A program made the translations under genes and the position numbers. From Octopus bimaculoides (taxonomy: Eukaryota), in NCBI RefSeq assembly GCF_001194135.2, contig NC_068985.1, forward strand, positions 75,217,225 to 75,252,657: 35,433 nucleotides of DNA. Direction: 5' to 3'. Shown piece after piece: positions 1 to 13,141 of the stretch (within the stretch, counting starts at the first letter, position 1; each line of letters opens with the position of its first letter). The notes under the pieces are model-generated. The model was not told the origin of the DNA. It did not search any database and worked only from the letters and a program-made list of their open reading frames with translations.

Positions 1-299
1 TATATATATATATATATATATATATGTACTAGTGTGAGTATATATATGTATGTGTTTGCGTATGTGTGTGTTTGTGTCTGTGTGTGTTACTGTACCTATT
101 TATTATACATTCCCTCCTTTCAGCCAAATGCGTTGCTGATATTCTCTTAAAGGTCATATGCTAAGCCGTTTATATTACCTTTTCCTGCACCACATGACGA
201 GGCCAGATGCCATGGGGGTATAAAAGAGGGGGTTAAGTTGTGAAATTCTACTGACAGCCCCCAAACGCCACGCGAATTGTGATCGTTCTTTCTCTCCAT

Positions 300-1050
300 T
301 GCATAATATTATCTTTCCATGTCCACAATTTCTGTCATTCCACCATTATGGATTCTTTCGTCAAATACGATGCTAATTGGTCTAAGCTGCATGCAAGTTA
401 AACTTCAACATTTTAAATGGATTGATAAATGAAGAAATAATCAGGAATGTTGCTAAGTCAGGAAGTGATAGCAGCCGAAATGTTTGAGGGATCGCACAGC
501 AGAAACAAATATATTTAGTTTACCAAATCTTTGAATAAAATTATCATCCCTAATAAAGCCCACAACGTTTACAAGTTTACTTGCAATTTCCTTGTGGAGC
601 GTTTCGATAAACTTCAAATGTTATAAATGCTTTTTCCTTTTCATCTGTCACTCAGTATCCAGCGACGGCTATATTATTCTGTTATAAAAATAAAAGTTAT
701 CAGATTTTGTAAACCAACCGTTAATTTTGTATAATAAACCTGATCTGAGCTCCACAATAAATAAAATACTTTAGCTTAAACATCGGTTGCTATGATAGGC
801 TAAACAAGCTGTCACTAATGGAACATCAAGTGCAATTAGCCACACAGGTGGTGATCTCAACTTTAACATCAACGCAAATACGATTTATGGTCTCATGCAT
901 TTGTTATTTTGTCTGTTACTGTCAGTTGTGTCCGAAAATAGGTAGCTCGCCTATAGATTCAATACTCAAACATATATTTGCTTCTACTCTGTCAGAAAGC
1001 GAAATCGACTTTCTCAATATAAATAGGAAAACACGCTGTTTTAAGTGATT
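300..1050 (-). pseudogene. Decayed hAT-superfamily (Charlie/GTF2IRD2-like) transposase fragment
   Basis: Manual minus-strand translation with frameshifts gives LAYHSNRCLS*S (cf. hAT LLYHxxVRWLSRG), PSLDTE*QMK (cf. LxDxEWxxKL), KLQVNL (cf. LQG) and SSFINPF (cf. FxxNPF), then TEIVDME, in the expected order. Many stops; boundaries approximate. Confidence 0.45.
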
Positions 1051-1783
1051 GCAGCCAAACAATGCCCCCAACGGACAGAATCGTTATGACTGTATAGAAC
1101 ATTAACATTCATCAGACTTATAAGTATCTGGCTTTCTAATAACAATTTGGATATTAAATTTGCAAGATATATCAAGGGTGACAACTTTTTCGAGTGTAAA
1201 TATATCTCCAATTGAAATGTAAAAAAGGAAAAGATAAAAGAGTTTGGTAATAAATTTATGAAATGAGTGATGGAAGTACCTTTGTAATTTATGTTGGGAT
1301 ATAAGCTTTATTCGGTGTGCTTTTTTTTTTTTCATCTCATTTAATTATCCATTGAAAATGGGGAAAATGAAATAATGGAGAGAGGAAATTATTTGATGTG
1401 TCAGATGTAATGACATCGAGTTTATAAATAGTGTAATGCTTCATTCATCTTCAGAATTATCGATAAATTGGGAACGATTTCAAATACCTTTCATGACCAG
1501 AGTCTGTGTGGCAGGGGGTAGGCAATTAAATTTCGATGGGCTAGTCTGTAACATATTAACGAAATGACAGAGGCATTAATATCAAAGAGATTATGAATTC
1601 ATTTGAAATTAGTTTTGTAAGATTTCTCGCTGTTGTAGATCGTGAAGTTTTTCATATTTTTACATCCTATAAATACTAACAATCTATGTATCCTTTACAT
1701 TGCTGTGAATTGCTTCTGTTTCCATACAACTATGAAATCATGCATGGATATACACACACAAGAGTATATATATATATATATAT

Positions 1784-2073
1784 NNNNNNNNNNNNNNNNN
1801 NNNNNNNNNNNNNNNNNNNNNNNNNNNNNNNNNNNNNNNNNNNNNNNNNNNNNNNNNNNNNNNNNNNNNNNNNNNNNNNNNNNNNNNNNNNNNNNNNNNN
1901 NNNNNNNNNNNNNNNNNNNNNNNNNNNNNNNNNNNNNNNNNNNNNNNNNNNNNNNNNNNNNNNNNNNNNNNNNNNNNNNNNNNNNNNNNNNNNNNNNNNN
2001 NNNNNNNNNNNNNNNNNNNNNNNNNNNNNNNNNNNNNNNNNNNNNNNNNNNNNNNNNNNNNNNNNNNNNNNNN
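1784..2073. other. Assembly gap (first of eight N-runs; others at 4906-4915, 5790-5886, 8471-8826, 17957-18823, 21396-21405, 24278-24456, 26017-26415)
   Basis: N-runs read directly; most are flanked by (TA)n or (TG)n tracts. Confidence 0.98.
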
Positions 2074-2554
2074 TGAATTATTAACATGTTTGTTCTTCCG
2101 TTTCACATGACTTTATTCATGAAAACCTATTAAAACTTCAGAAATCCTTACAGCTTTGGACGTCGTTATGCTTTGCTTTCATTTGTTTAATAAAAATTCC
2201 TTCTCTTACAGATTTTGCTTTCATTTTGTGATAGACAGCTATCAAGCAGAACATGCCAGCTCCCAAATCCTATTTTCTGATTAGGTAAAATTGATTAAAA
2301 TTTGAACCTCAGTAACATCTTTCTCTAACTTTTCTGGAACAAACAAATAACAAAATCGGATTTAACGTAGAAAATTATTTCAATATACCAAAGTTGAAAT
2401 GTTTTACATAATTTTAAAATTCAACAATATGTGATAGCATCAGGCAAGACCCTACAAAATTAGCGAGACAGATAGTTTTAGGATGTGGTACACACACAAA
2501 CTTTTACAAACGTACACACAGGTAATCATGAGTTAAAAATGCTGTATAGTAGAC

Positions 2555-2555
<1 letters not shown>

Positions 2556-2585
<30 letters not shown>

Positions 2586-3070
2586 TGTATGTATGCATGC
2601 ATGTATGCATGTATGTGCGAGCGCGGGTGTGCATGTGTGAGAGTATTTCTTTGCGATGAACAGCAGAAAACTCACCTACCCACTCTCTCCTTAAAGCTAC
2701 GTATTCCTCAGACCCACATTTCTTTCTCTTGGCATTTTAAAAGTTATTTATGTGTCTGTATGTGCAGTGTGTGTGCCTGCGTGTGCCGCGTGTGTGCTCG
2801 CAATGTGTCTGCATGTGCAGGGCGTCTGTGTGCAGTGTGTGTGTGTGTGTGTTTGAAGCGTGTGTGTAATGTGTGTAGTGTGTATGTGCACTGTATGTGA
2901 GCTGTGTGTGTGTTTGCAATGTGTCTGTAGTGTGTGTATGTGTGTAGTGTGTGTGCGTGCAATGTGTGTGTGTGCAATGTGTATACAGTGTGTGTGTGTG
3001 CGGTCTGTGTGCGTGTGCAGTGTGTTGTGTGTATGCGCGTATGTATGCATGTGTATGCATGTATTTATCT
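2556..3070. repeat. Compound (TATG)n / degenerate (TG)n low-complexity tract
   Basis: Visible directly; source of the C/V-rich and H/T-rich pseudo-ORFs in the track. Confidence 0.9.
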
Positions 3071-3289
3071 ATTTACGAAAGTATGTACGCAGCGTCGGGT
3101 GTATATGACAGTTGTATTAACGTTAACATCACACTGCCGCACCATATTTGTAGCTTACACAACGCTGTTCTCCCCTTCCCTGATGTCAATCACATTCAGT
3201 ATGTCACTACATTTCTCTCATTTTCACTCTTCTCTTGTTATCATATAATAGCCCAACCCACGCAGGTTATAGATTTTTATTGAAATCCA

Positions 3290-3410
3290 GTTAGACTATA
3301 ATTAACCTGGATGTTAGTTTGATATGTATGCAAAGTTTCGGGGAGATTGGTTAACTAGTGTAGACAGCAACACAGACAGACATATAGAAATTGCCATTTA
3401 TGTATAAGGT
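3290..3410 (+). mobile_element. Possible 3' end of a non-autonomous Helitron/Helentron-like element
   Basis: gcaaagtttcggggagattgg...acagacagacatatagaaattgccatttatgtataag resembles the end layout of such elements as I recall it (aaatttca...cgg, then GACA repeats, then an AT-rich terminus). Pattern resemblance only. Confidence 0.25.
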
Positions 3411-4915
3411 GTGCTCGTCTGGAAGTAGATTTACGACTTACATCTGAGGAACAAAAACTAATTTAATTGCTAACAACTTTGTACATCATTAACAAGTCTT
3501 ATATAGTCACATCCAAATTGTATCATCATCGCTGGTATTTGAAGGTAGATATTCTAAAGTATGTATGAATATTTATTTATACAGTTTAAACAATTCCATT
3601 GCTATCTAAACTGTATAACATTTACAGTGTCTATATAGTTTTCATATTTATTTTCAGCAAGAAATACGGAATCTCTGAACTTCATTATCCTATACAAGCA
3701 GCTGAAAGCGATATTGTTAGCTAACGTTGTATTCCTGCAGTTAGTTTGTGTAAAACATTCACGATGGATATATTTCCAGAAAGCTGTAATGAAAGTGAAA
3801 TAGAGTGGTGACAATGAAAGGAGAGATGCATACAGTGGTTTAGCGAGGGTGTAGATGAAGAGAGCAAAATATATTGTAGTAGAAGTTGAAGGGGAGAAAA
3901 GAATTATCTATATCTGAGAACAAATGGGTTTAGTTAATGAGTGGATGTCAGACATTTGGGTAAATTTCAGTGTATTTTTCATGAGATCTAAAATGTTCGT
4001 GATTGCATCAGCTGCATTATTCTACACAGGTAAGTAATATTGTAATGTAGAAACAACTTGAAATATTTAAGGTGTCCATAACTGAACGGGGCTGATAAAT
4101 ATCGTTGAAGCGGATTAATCTGAGATTTGGCAGGATATATTTGTATACTATAATGGAGAAATTTGTTTATCAGCCAGTTATAATTATGTAACTTCTACTA
4201 CAAGAAGGTCTAAAATATTCTTTAAAATTCTTAAAGAGGTATGTTTTAATACATTAAAATCAAAAACCGTTTCACGGAATTTTTTTATTATTAAAGATTC
4301 AAACACACGCTACTTTCCCAAAAAAGGAGTTTTTTTTTTTTACTGCCATCAGTCACAAGACATATTTATATTCACTGTTGCATATATAAGTTGCTGTCTG
4401 TCTGCCACGCGTATTCGCTCTTTCTTATTCGCTCTCTACCGCCCTAGGCATTAAAGATAAATGATTACATTCTTGCTTTTTTCGATACTTGGAAAATATT
4501 TGAGAAATAATTTTACATTATATCTATACCGTTAGTATAATATATGATGTGTTCTTCAACGACTTCCTCCCTCCTGTCTCCGTTCTTTCTTACACTTACA
4601 TACTCACACACACTTCGTTCACAAGCTTTGCCCCAGATATTTTGTCTTTCCAAAACAGATATTTTAACTGACTTTCTTTGCAACGTTGGGTATGTGCGTG
4701 CGTAGTCTATCTCCCCCTCTATCTCTCTCTCTTTCTCTCTCTCTCTCACACACATACACACACACTTCATTCAAACATCTTGGCTCATTACAAGTAATGT
4801 AATATCATTGAGGAATGTGAGAAACTGACATTAAACAATGTTATTTCATTGCATAATCTATCTGTCTATCTATCTATCTATTCATATATATATATATATA
4901 TATATNNNNNNNNNN

Positions 4916-5150
4916 TTATTATCATCATCATCATCGTCACCCGTTACCGTCTTCCTTTTATGTTGACATGGCTTAAACACTTCAATAGAAGTTGATAAAT
5001 CAGAAGACTGTGCGAAGTTCCACTGCCTGCTTTGGCATGGTTTCTATTTTAGAATGCCTTTCCTAAAGCCAGCCACATTACAGAGTATGTGAAATATTTC
5101 CGTTGCGCCAGCGCCAGTGGGGTAACAAGAAAACTTGCAAGACAAGACCC
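4916..5150 (-). mobile_element. Degenerate SINE-like/RTE-tail repeat with (GAT)n tail
   Basis: (ATC)n run at about 4921-4935 followed by tttggcatggtttctattttagaatgcctttcctaaagccagcc, which resembles the recalled ggatgcccttcctaatgccaacc motif of RTE-related SINE 3' ends. Confidence 0.4.
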
Positions 5151-5939
5151 CGCCGAGTGATGGGGGATAGAAATAGATGTCTTGCAGTCAATGAGATGCA
5201 GAGCTAACCTACATAGACACAGAGAGACGGAGGAAAGATGATGAAGATGCTATGAGGGGCAATATAATCAAGTTACAGGAAGGTGTATATAAGTGAAGTG
5301 GTGCAGAGGATTGATTAGGGTCACTGGGTGGGTAATTATTTAGACTTTGTGAAAGGAGAGTGGGTGATGGTGGGAAGGGGAATACAGCGAGTAGACAGGC
5401 TGATGGAGGAGATCTTAAGAAGATACGATATATGGAAAAGATTTTAGGTAATATTGTGTGCATGTGTATAAACGGAAACAACATGTCTTACTCCGCTGGA
5501 CACGTCTTCTCCAGCCTAGCAAATCGCTACATAATTTGTAAGCTCTTATTCATCGCATATTTAGGTTTGACATCTGAAGGTCAATTTTCAAAATATAAAT
5601 TGTAATATATGAATACACATTCATACTATATGTGCGTGCGCAGGTGTGTGGCTTGTGTGTGTGTGAATGTAGTAAGATAGATAAGCACGGCACGGTTAAT
5701 CTTTGATACATATATTTTACATGATTCCCAAACTACAGATAATAAAATAATGAATATGTATGTGTGTGTATACATGTATGTATATATATNNNNNNNNNNN
5801 NNNNNNNNNNNNNNNNNNNNNNNNNNNNNNNNNNNNNNNNNNNNNNNNNNNNNNNNNNNNNNNNNNNNNNNNNNNNNNNNNNNNNNATATATATATATAT
5901 ATATATATATAATTTGTGTAGTTCATTACAGTAAGTCAG

Positions 5940-6240
5940 GCACATATACACACACACGCACATCTATATATACATACACACGCATATATACAGACACACA
6001 TATATATATACACACACACAAACACACACACACATATATATACACACACACTCATATATATATACACACATGTATATATACACACATGCATACACACGCA
6101 CATACAAACACACGTGCATATATACACACGCATACACACAAACGCATACACACACGTGCATACACACACACGCATACACACACACACATATGAACACCCC
6201 GCCATTCACACAAACACACACACATATATATATAAACAGA
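5940..6240. repeat. Degenerate (CA)/(TA) low-complexity tract
   Basis: Visible directly. Confidence 0.9.
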
Positions 6241-6479
6241 CAGACAGATAGATATGCGTACATTTGAGTGTGATTGAGTTCAAAGTTGATCCTTGATACT
6301 TGGAGTTATCTTCTTCATCACACCTCTTCCTCCATTTAGCATGATGAGTGTTATTTTGTTTTGGTTGTTATTATTAACATAATCTTAACTTTTTATGAGC
6401 TGATCTCCATCCTGTACTTTTTCGTGTGTGATGGTATGTTCCTGCAGTTATGCTTCACTGCTGTCTTACAGGTCGATTT

Positions 6480-7000
6480 CATCACCATATCTCAAATTAA
6501 GATAAGAAGCCTCTGCTATCCTGAAGCACCTGAACACCATACAGAAATGCAATTCCATTAGTCCCCCAAGAAGACTGTGTGTACACTAGTCTGGTGACTT
6601 CGATCCTTCTGTATCGGTGTGAGAGCTGGACTCTTACTGCTGACATGTAAGAAAGAATCCAGGCATTTGAGCAAAAATTCTTCAGAAAGCTGATACACGT
6701 CTTGTACTCAGAGAACAAAACCACCTGCTTTGTCAGGCAGCAGGTAAAAAGACTAAAGCTTGCCTGGTACATTTACGTATCTCACCGCAACTCTGTGTCC
6801 AAAACCACTTTCAGAGCCTAAAAGAGATAAAATCCTGGTTAGGCAACATCATGGACTGGGCAGGTCACAACAGAGCGACATTGCTATGCTTGGCATAGGA
6901 CAGAAGCTTGTGGTGACGGCTGAACCGAAAGCATGTAGAATGGCGCGCCAATGATTGGCTGCATCAGCTAAAGGAATTGATGACGACGACGACGACGACG
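6480..7000 (+). mobile_element. RTE-clade LINE 3' fragment (RT C-terminus/thumb) with (GAT)(GAC)n tail
   Basis: Translates as YTSLVTSILLYRCESWTLTADM*ERIQAFEQKFFRKLIHVLYSENKTTCFVRQQVKRLKLAWY, matching the RTE pattern LLYGCETWTL...RIxAFExxCxRxIL...RKLxWxGH. Ends in gatgacgacgacgacgacgac near 6979-7000. Confidence 0.8.
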
Positions 7001-7399
7001 AGGAGGAGCAGGAGGGTTATGTGTGAGTTCAATATATTACTAAATTTGTAATAACTTTAAGAGATTTTCTAATATATTTTTCATGCCTAATAATGGCGTA
7101 GTGTGGGTGGAGCATATGTGTGGTTAGCTGAGTTTGTTTCTCTATAGTTGCTGTATGTGCGAGTGTCCATGCCTGCATACACTCCTACCAACCTTCTTGT
7201 CGCTTGCCTTTTGGCAGTTCACATTTTATATTAGTTTGAAAAGTTTTATTGTATTTTTGACATGATCGCTTTGAGATTAAGTTTTATATATTTCCAGTAT
7301 ACTAAACATTTTTTACTATTTTTTTCTTTACTTGCTGATTGATTACTTTTCTAAATTCTGATTTAAATGGGTCACCAGTCCACCTATATCATACGCTGC

Positions 7400-8200
7400 A
7401 CGATGTATGAATTCAAAAGTAACCCTTCAACATGGAAGTGACCACAACATTCGTTCTGTCTACAGGAAATCCAAAGCAAATTGTACGAAAATTAGCAAAA
7501 CAATTCAAGTCACACTTTGATTATAAAACGACTTCATGAATTTCAGATGTAGTTTAAAATTAACCAGTGTATCCTGCATCGTCTCATTTATCCTTGGTTT
7601 AATCAAAGAGATGCCCTTTGATACTCATTGAAGTGTAAGATGTGTACTGAACATTTCCTAACCAGATTCATCACAAGTGATTTCGCTATAATTATATCTC
7701 ACGAAAACGATAATGTTAGCAGCGAATGAAAATAGAAAATTCCTCCCCAAACCAGTTATACTCCGTGTTGGGGATGGAATATAAAAGATTTTGTCTATTA
7801 TGAACTGTTAACCCAAAGCGAAACTGTTAATGCAGTGACGTATGGTTGTCAATTGCAATTGTTGCACAATGTTTGCAGAAAATAGCACTTATATGATAAT
7901 CCAACACCACAAATTGCGTAAGTCACTTACCAAATGATTACCACAATAAATATAAAACATTTGTCTTATCTTCCTTACACACCAGACTTTGTTCCATCTG
8001 AGAGTCATCTTTTCAAATCATTACAACATTATTTATAAATTTACATTTTATTTATTGTGAAGTGGTTAAAAATTATAGTGAGTGTTTCTTTGGTCCGAAA
8101 CCTGAAAAACTTTACGCCTGAGCGATCAACAATTTCCCAGACAGATGGGATTATGTTATCAGTAATGAGGGGAATATTATCTTCATGAAATATATGAGTT
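7400..8200 (+). pseudogene. Decayed mariner (DD34D) transposase
   Basis: Ordered motifs FLTRFITSD (about 7655-7681; cf. FLDRIITGDEKW), YYELLTQSETVNA, LYDNPTP (cf. LHDNARPH), LPYTPDFVPSESHLFKSLQHYL (about 7970-8030; cf. PYSPDLAPSDYHLFRSL) and DRWDYVISNEG. Multiple stops and frameshifts. Confidence 0.8.
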
Positions 8201-8826
8201 AAGACCAAAGAAGGATTAGTGTCTTTCACATCATGAAATGTGCCCGGAATTTGAAATCTGATAGGTGTCGTTCGTTCTTTTTATTCTGAAGTCTCAATGA
8301 ATAATAAATCATTTATCCCCCAAACTACTTATTCTCTCAGAAAAACAAATATTTGTATACCTAGATATGCATCTGTAGCCATACAAACCTACATATATAT
8401 ATATATGTGTGCGTGTGTGTGTGTGTGCATGTGTGCATATATGTATGTGTAAGTGTGTGTGTGTGTGTGTNNNNNNNNNNNNNNNNNNNNNNNNNNNNNN
8501 NNNNNNNNNNNNNNNNNNNNNNNNNNNNNNNNNNNNNNNNNNNNNNNNNNNNNNNNNNNNNNNNNNNNNNNNNNNNNNNNNNNNNNNNNNNNNNNNNNNN
8601 NNNNNNNNNNNNNNNNNNNNNNNNNNNNNNNNNNNNNNNNNNNNNNNNNNNNNNNNNNNNNNNNNNNNNNNNNNNNNNNNNNNNNNNNNNNNNNNNNNNN
8701 NNNNNNNNNNNNNNNNNNNNNNNNNNNNNNNNNNNNNNNNNNNNNNNNNNNNNNNNNNNNNNNNNNNNNNNNNNNNNNNNNNNNNNNNNNNNNNNNNNNN
8801 NNNNNNNNNNNNNNNNNNNNNNNNNN

Positions 8827-9010
8827 AATATACAAAAAACAACAACAGACAAGGACAGGTGATGTAAACAACAAAAGGATGTATTAGTATGACGCTCGGG
8901 AATACGGAAAGTCTTTGACGTTTCGAGCTACGCTCTTCAACAGAAAGAATACGGAGACAAGGAGAAAAACACGGAGAAAAAAAATTGAATAGTGTTCAGT
9001 CAACGGTCAA
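8827..9010 (-). mobile_element. Penelope-like element terminal fragment carrying a minimal hammerhead motif
   Basis: Minus strand 8948-8912 reads TCTTT CTGTTGA A GAGC GTA GCTC GAAA C GTC AAAGA, which is hammerhead topology. Minimal hammerheads are known from Penelope-like element LTRs. The left end is hidden by a gap. Confidence 0.55.
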
Positions 9011-10809
9011 TATATATTTGTGTGCGTGTGTGTGTGTGTGCATGTGTGCATATATGTATGTGTAAGTGTGTGTGTGTGTGTGTGTGTAAACGAGTGAGTG
9101 AACAAATGAAAGAAATCGGCACTCAACAAATTTAGTAGAAGTTTCCTGTATTATTATTTAAAATAGCTTGGTTCGGCTCTGAGCGACTTAAAATTTCACG
9201 GGCCACTAACAGAAAGCATTTTCACATAGGCTTAGATTACCGAATGGAGAACACAGTAAGTTTAAGGCCATCACCATCTTATCCAGCCACGCGATCCAAG
9301 AAATTCTCCTTTCTACTAAAATTAATGTCATTGAATCGCCGACCTTATCTCTGTCAACACCATGTGACCTACCTTGACCAGTTGAATCTCCTGTTACAAT
9401 AATAAGATGGGTTTCTATTAGAAACCCACTAATATTCATGTCACAGTGAGCCGAATCAAAGCCTTAAATAACACGGGGCACGCACACACATACAGACACA
9501 CACATACACACACATACACACACATACACACACACATACACACACACATACACATATAGGTATATATATTGTATATTTACTGACTCAAATTTCGATGTCT
9601 AACATAGTTGTTGATATTGCTGTTATTTGTAATTGCGGCTAACAAGTAGTTTATTGCAATATCATTTTAGGACAGTTAAGGTTAATATTTAAATTAGGAA
9701 CGCAAAGTAAAAGCTATACAGATACCTTTATAGCTCCGTTTGGTTCCTTCTGTCGCTAGTACCTACATACGACATACATCACACCCAGAACGTGCACCGC
9801 TTCTTAGAGAATCACTGTTCTATATTGTAACATTCATTTCAAATACATACGAGCAAATATGCGTATGAAAATTATTGCAAGCATTAGCACAAGATCAGAT
9901 GCTGGTAAGGAACTGTCGACCACGTGACCACATCGGCTACAGAACTTGATTGACTGGTCTGCACTTGATTCATATCTGAATACAAATACACACTGGCAGA
10001 CACACCCATACCTGTACTACCATTAATACGAGTTCTTGTGGAACTTTATTCCCCTACCTAATGGATATGCCAGGTTCATTCAATTAACTTAAACCTATTT
10101 TAATGAGTAAATTTATGGGCCATTTCCCTTTGAGAGTTGCATCAATAAACACCTAACCATGATAGCACAAGTTCATACTTTATTTCTTATTTCCTTGAGT
10201 TATTAAAATGAAAGCTGAGGAATGTCATATATTTACAATTTGATCCGAGCCATCTGAAAATTAAATAAAGCAACCGGACTTTAAACTCACCCATATTTTC
10301 CGCTGCTCACTCATGCACATGAAGTTCATTCACAAAGGCACTAACTATAAAATAAATAGATAAAAAGAAATAAATAGAATCCACACAACACACGTACAAT
10401 GATGTCCGTGGAGACACATACACACAAACACACACACACAGACACACACACACACACACACTCTCTCTCTCTCTCTCTCTCTCTCTCATACTTACAGAGT
10501 CCACACCATGTCATACAAGTGTGCACGCGCACACAAGCAGGCAAAATACGCACACACCAGTGCACACGTACATGCGCTGAACCCCTCCCCTCCACATACA
10601 CATACACCACACACACTCTTTCATTTTCTTTATCTCACATACATTCTCACTGAGGTGCCTATAAGTATAAAATATACAAACTAGGAAGCAAAGAGACCTT
10701 GAGAAAAGAGGACACATCATTGATGATGTTGCGAATGGCGGGGACACTATTCTCACGAACCTAGTGATTGTTGATTGACCAAGCAATTAAACAACAGACT
10801 ATATAATTA

Positions 10810-11059
10810 AAGTTACCTTCTCGAGTCATGTCGACTTATAAGGACCGATTTCCCGGTTTCATCGCGTATATATTCAACGCTTGGACGGGACGTCGGTCCG
10901 TTGCAGGGTTACTCATTTTGTTGCCGGCTGAGTGAACCGGAGCAACGTAAAATGAAGTGTTTTGCTCAATTAAACAACACGTCTCCCGCTTTAGGAATCG
11001 AAACCCCAATCTTATGATCATGAGTGCGACACTTTAACCACTAAGCCATGTGCCTCCAC
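10810..11059 (-). mobile_element. tRNA-derived SINE, apparently full length (about 250 bp)
   Basis: Pol III A box TGGCTTAGTGG (11048-11038) and B box GGTTTCGATTCC (11005-10994), followed by a non-tRNA body (gagcaaaacacttcattttacgttgctccgg...) and a short aaggtaacttt tail. No cloverleaf 3' end, so it is not a tRNA gene. Confidence 0.85.
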
Positions 11060-11299
11060 AGATTAGACAATTGGTTAATGAATAACTAATTGACTAAAAG
11101 TGCAAGTGATTAAACAGAACCACTGCGTGCTTTTAATGTAAGCATAAGGATCCTTTCAAGATAGAACAAATCTACTTTAACGCCCGATTTTATATCAAAG
11201 ATCTTTCAAACCAAACACAAACCGAAACTGCTATACCTTCTTCCTTCTTTCAGCCTATGTCATGATAAGTGGGTTTTTTTTTTATTATTATACGTGGTT

Positions 11300-11860
11300 G
11301 CTCTCTGTCATAAGGGAAACCTCGTCCACTGCTCACTCCCACTTGCTCTGCCTTCCCTTTCTTCCAGTTAGTAATCCGTTGTCTATACCCTACCTATGAT
11401 TTTCACTCCCTCTCTTATATATGAGAATTATATTTGATGCAACTAACTAACACAGTATCAATGCTTGTCTCTATACTTATTTTATATTTGACCCTTTATT
11501 ATTATGACACTTAATGTATTTTCTTTAAAATGATCCGCATTTTTACATCTCTTATCACTTAGAGATACAATCATTATTTTAACTCTTGAGCATGCAGAGG
11601 ACAAGTTAAGAGCAACTAACTGTTAGCAGCCCTAAAATTCCTCGCTTTTTCCTACCTCTGGCTTGGTCATTTACTTGTATCATTACTCTCGCCAATGTTT
11701 CTGTTGCCACATAATCTCTTCACAGTACATTTAACACCCGAGCTATACTTCCCTTCACTTCAATAATACCCCTTCACTTCACCTCACTTTCCCTCTGCCC
11801 ACTGCATATACTTAATTCTATAGCTCTCGCTACTACCTCTCCTCTTCGTCTCTCGATGTA
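11300..11860 (-). pseudogene. Probable decayed RTE-type AP-endonuclease fragment
   Basis: Purine-rich minus strand with remnants ETKRRG, SEGVLLK...YCEEIMW and PEVGKSEEF, loosely matching RTE APE motifs (ETKLKG, EGVAILL...SRLMW, YAPxxxxSEE). Heavily degraded. Confidence 0.35.
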
Positions 11861-11871
11861 AACTTTAGGCC

Positions 11872-11904
<33 letters not shown>

Positions 11905-13141
11905 CTTCTATCATACAGTTGCTCTTCACCTCCTGAAGCGTAAGTCGGGACAGCGCCGCATGATGGTGCTATCCATATATATGACAGCTGATATTTACTT
12001 TGCTTTCATGCATACCCATAATATTGACTCAGTAGTGCACCTGTTTCTCTAATATCCATTTTCATATAAACCAGTCATTGGAAAAAGTTTTAAAGATAAT
12101 GATTATATCATGGAAATTGTATACGCAACTTTACATCTAAATCCATATATTAGGCTATCGTTGTCTTTCTACTTATATAAATAAAACAAAAGATTGCTCA
12201 TAGAGTAAACACTTCCCATCTTTTCTGTTTTCTTTCATTTAATATATATACTCTATGACCAAACTAACGGCAGATTCCAAAGAAATGAAGCAAGGACTGT
12301 TATGAGTCCGCCTCAATTTTCCATCAAATGGCAAAACAAACGAAGTTCTAAATACTGTTTAAATCTTGTGCAATATAAATTTTATATAGCATGTTAGACA
12401 GGCAGACAAACAGACAGATAGATAGATATGCAAATATGTGTGTGGTGGTGTTTTGTGTATGTATGTATCTATGTCATTAACGATGCTATGTAGCATTTTA
12501 TACAAATATTGAATTATTATTTTAGTGATATGTTTATGTTTATGCCAACTGCATAAATGTCACTTAAACGAGATAACGGATTTTGGATTTGGAAATGAAA
12601 ATATGTTTCTGTAATTTTTTATGACATCGCTGCAATTGTATCAGAATATTGTTGCCAATTTGCCCAAACCATAAATTACTATAAGCTAAATAATTATATA
12701 CTCTGATATATGTTCACGAATTAGGCAAATTAAATTCAAATAATTGTGCAATTTATAAACTTACTAACTATGCACGAAATTCTGTGACACTATTTTCATA
12801 TGCCTAATTGATCTAGAATTCAGAAGACAGTAAAATTGCACATTACACATGAGAGATAAGATAGATCATAAAATAGCATTTGGGTAATGACATTTAGAAA
12901 AATTTGATCGTGTACTTTCGCTACTAAATTAAAATTCATCTAGATGTGATGCATATTATATATAAGCACTAGGGAGAAAAGGAGCAGTACAGAGTTTTAG
13001 ATGCACCACTACAGTTTTTACTTTACATTACTAATCTAAATATTAAGTTAAATTTCTTTTAATATATTACTATAAAATACTTCTTAGCTTCAATAACAGC
13101 GACATTGGATAGCTTACTGCGCTCGCAACGTTTCATCAAAC

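Noticed and set aside
2565-6267. His/Thr-, Cys/Val- and Tyr/Ile-rich ORFs
   Set aside because: Translations of (CA)n, (TG)n and (TA)n repeats; there is no evidence of coding.
9206-9439. ORF with GDST motif (SGNH/NXPE-like) and hairpin TGGGTTTCT-ATT-AGAAACCCA at 9408-9428
   Set aside because: A four-residue match and a 9-bp stem are expected by chance; there is no further family motif.
10994-11059. tRNA gene
   Set aside because: A and B boxes are present, but there is no acceptor-stem closure and the sequence continues into a SINE body.
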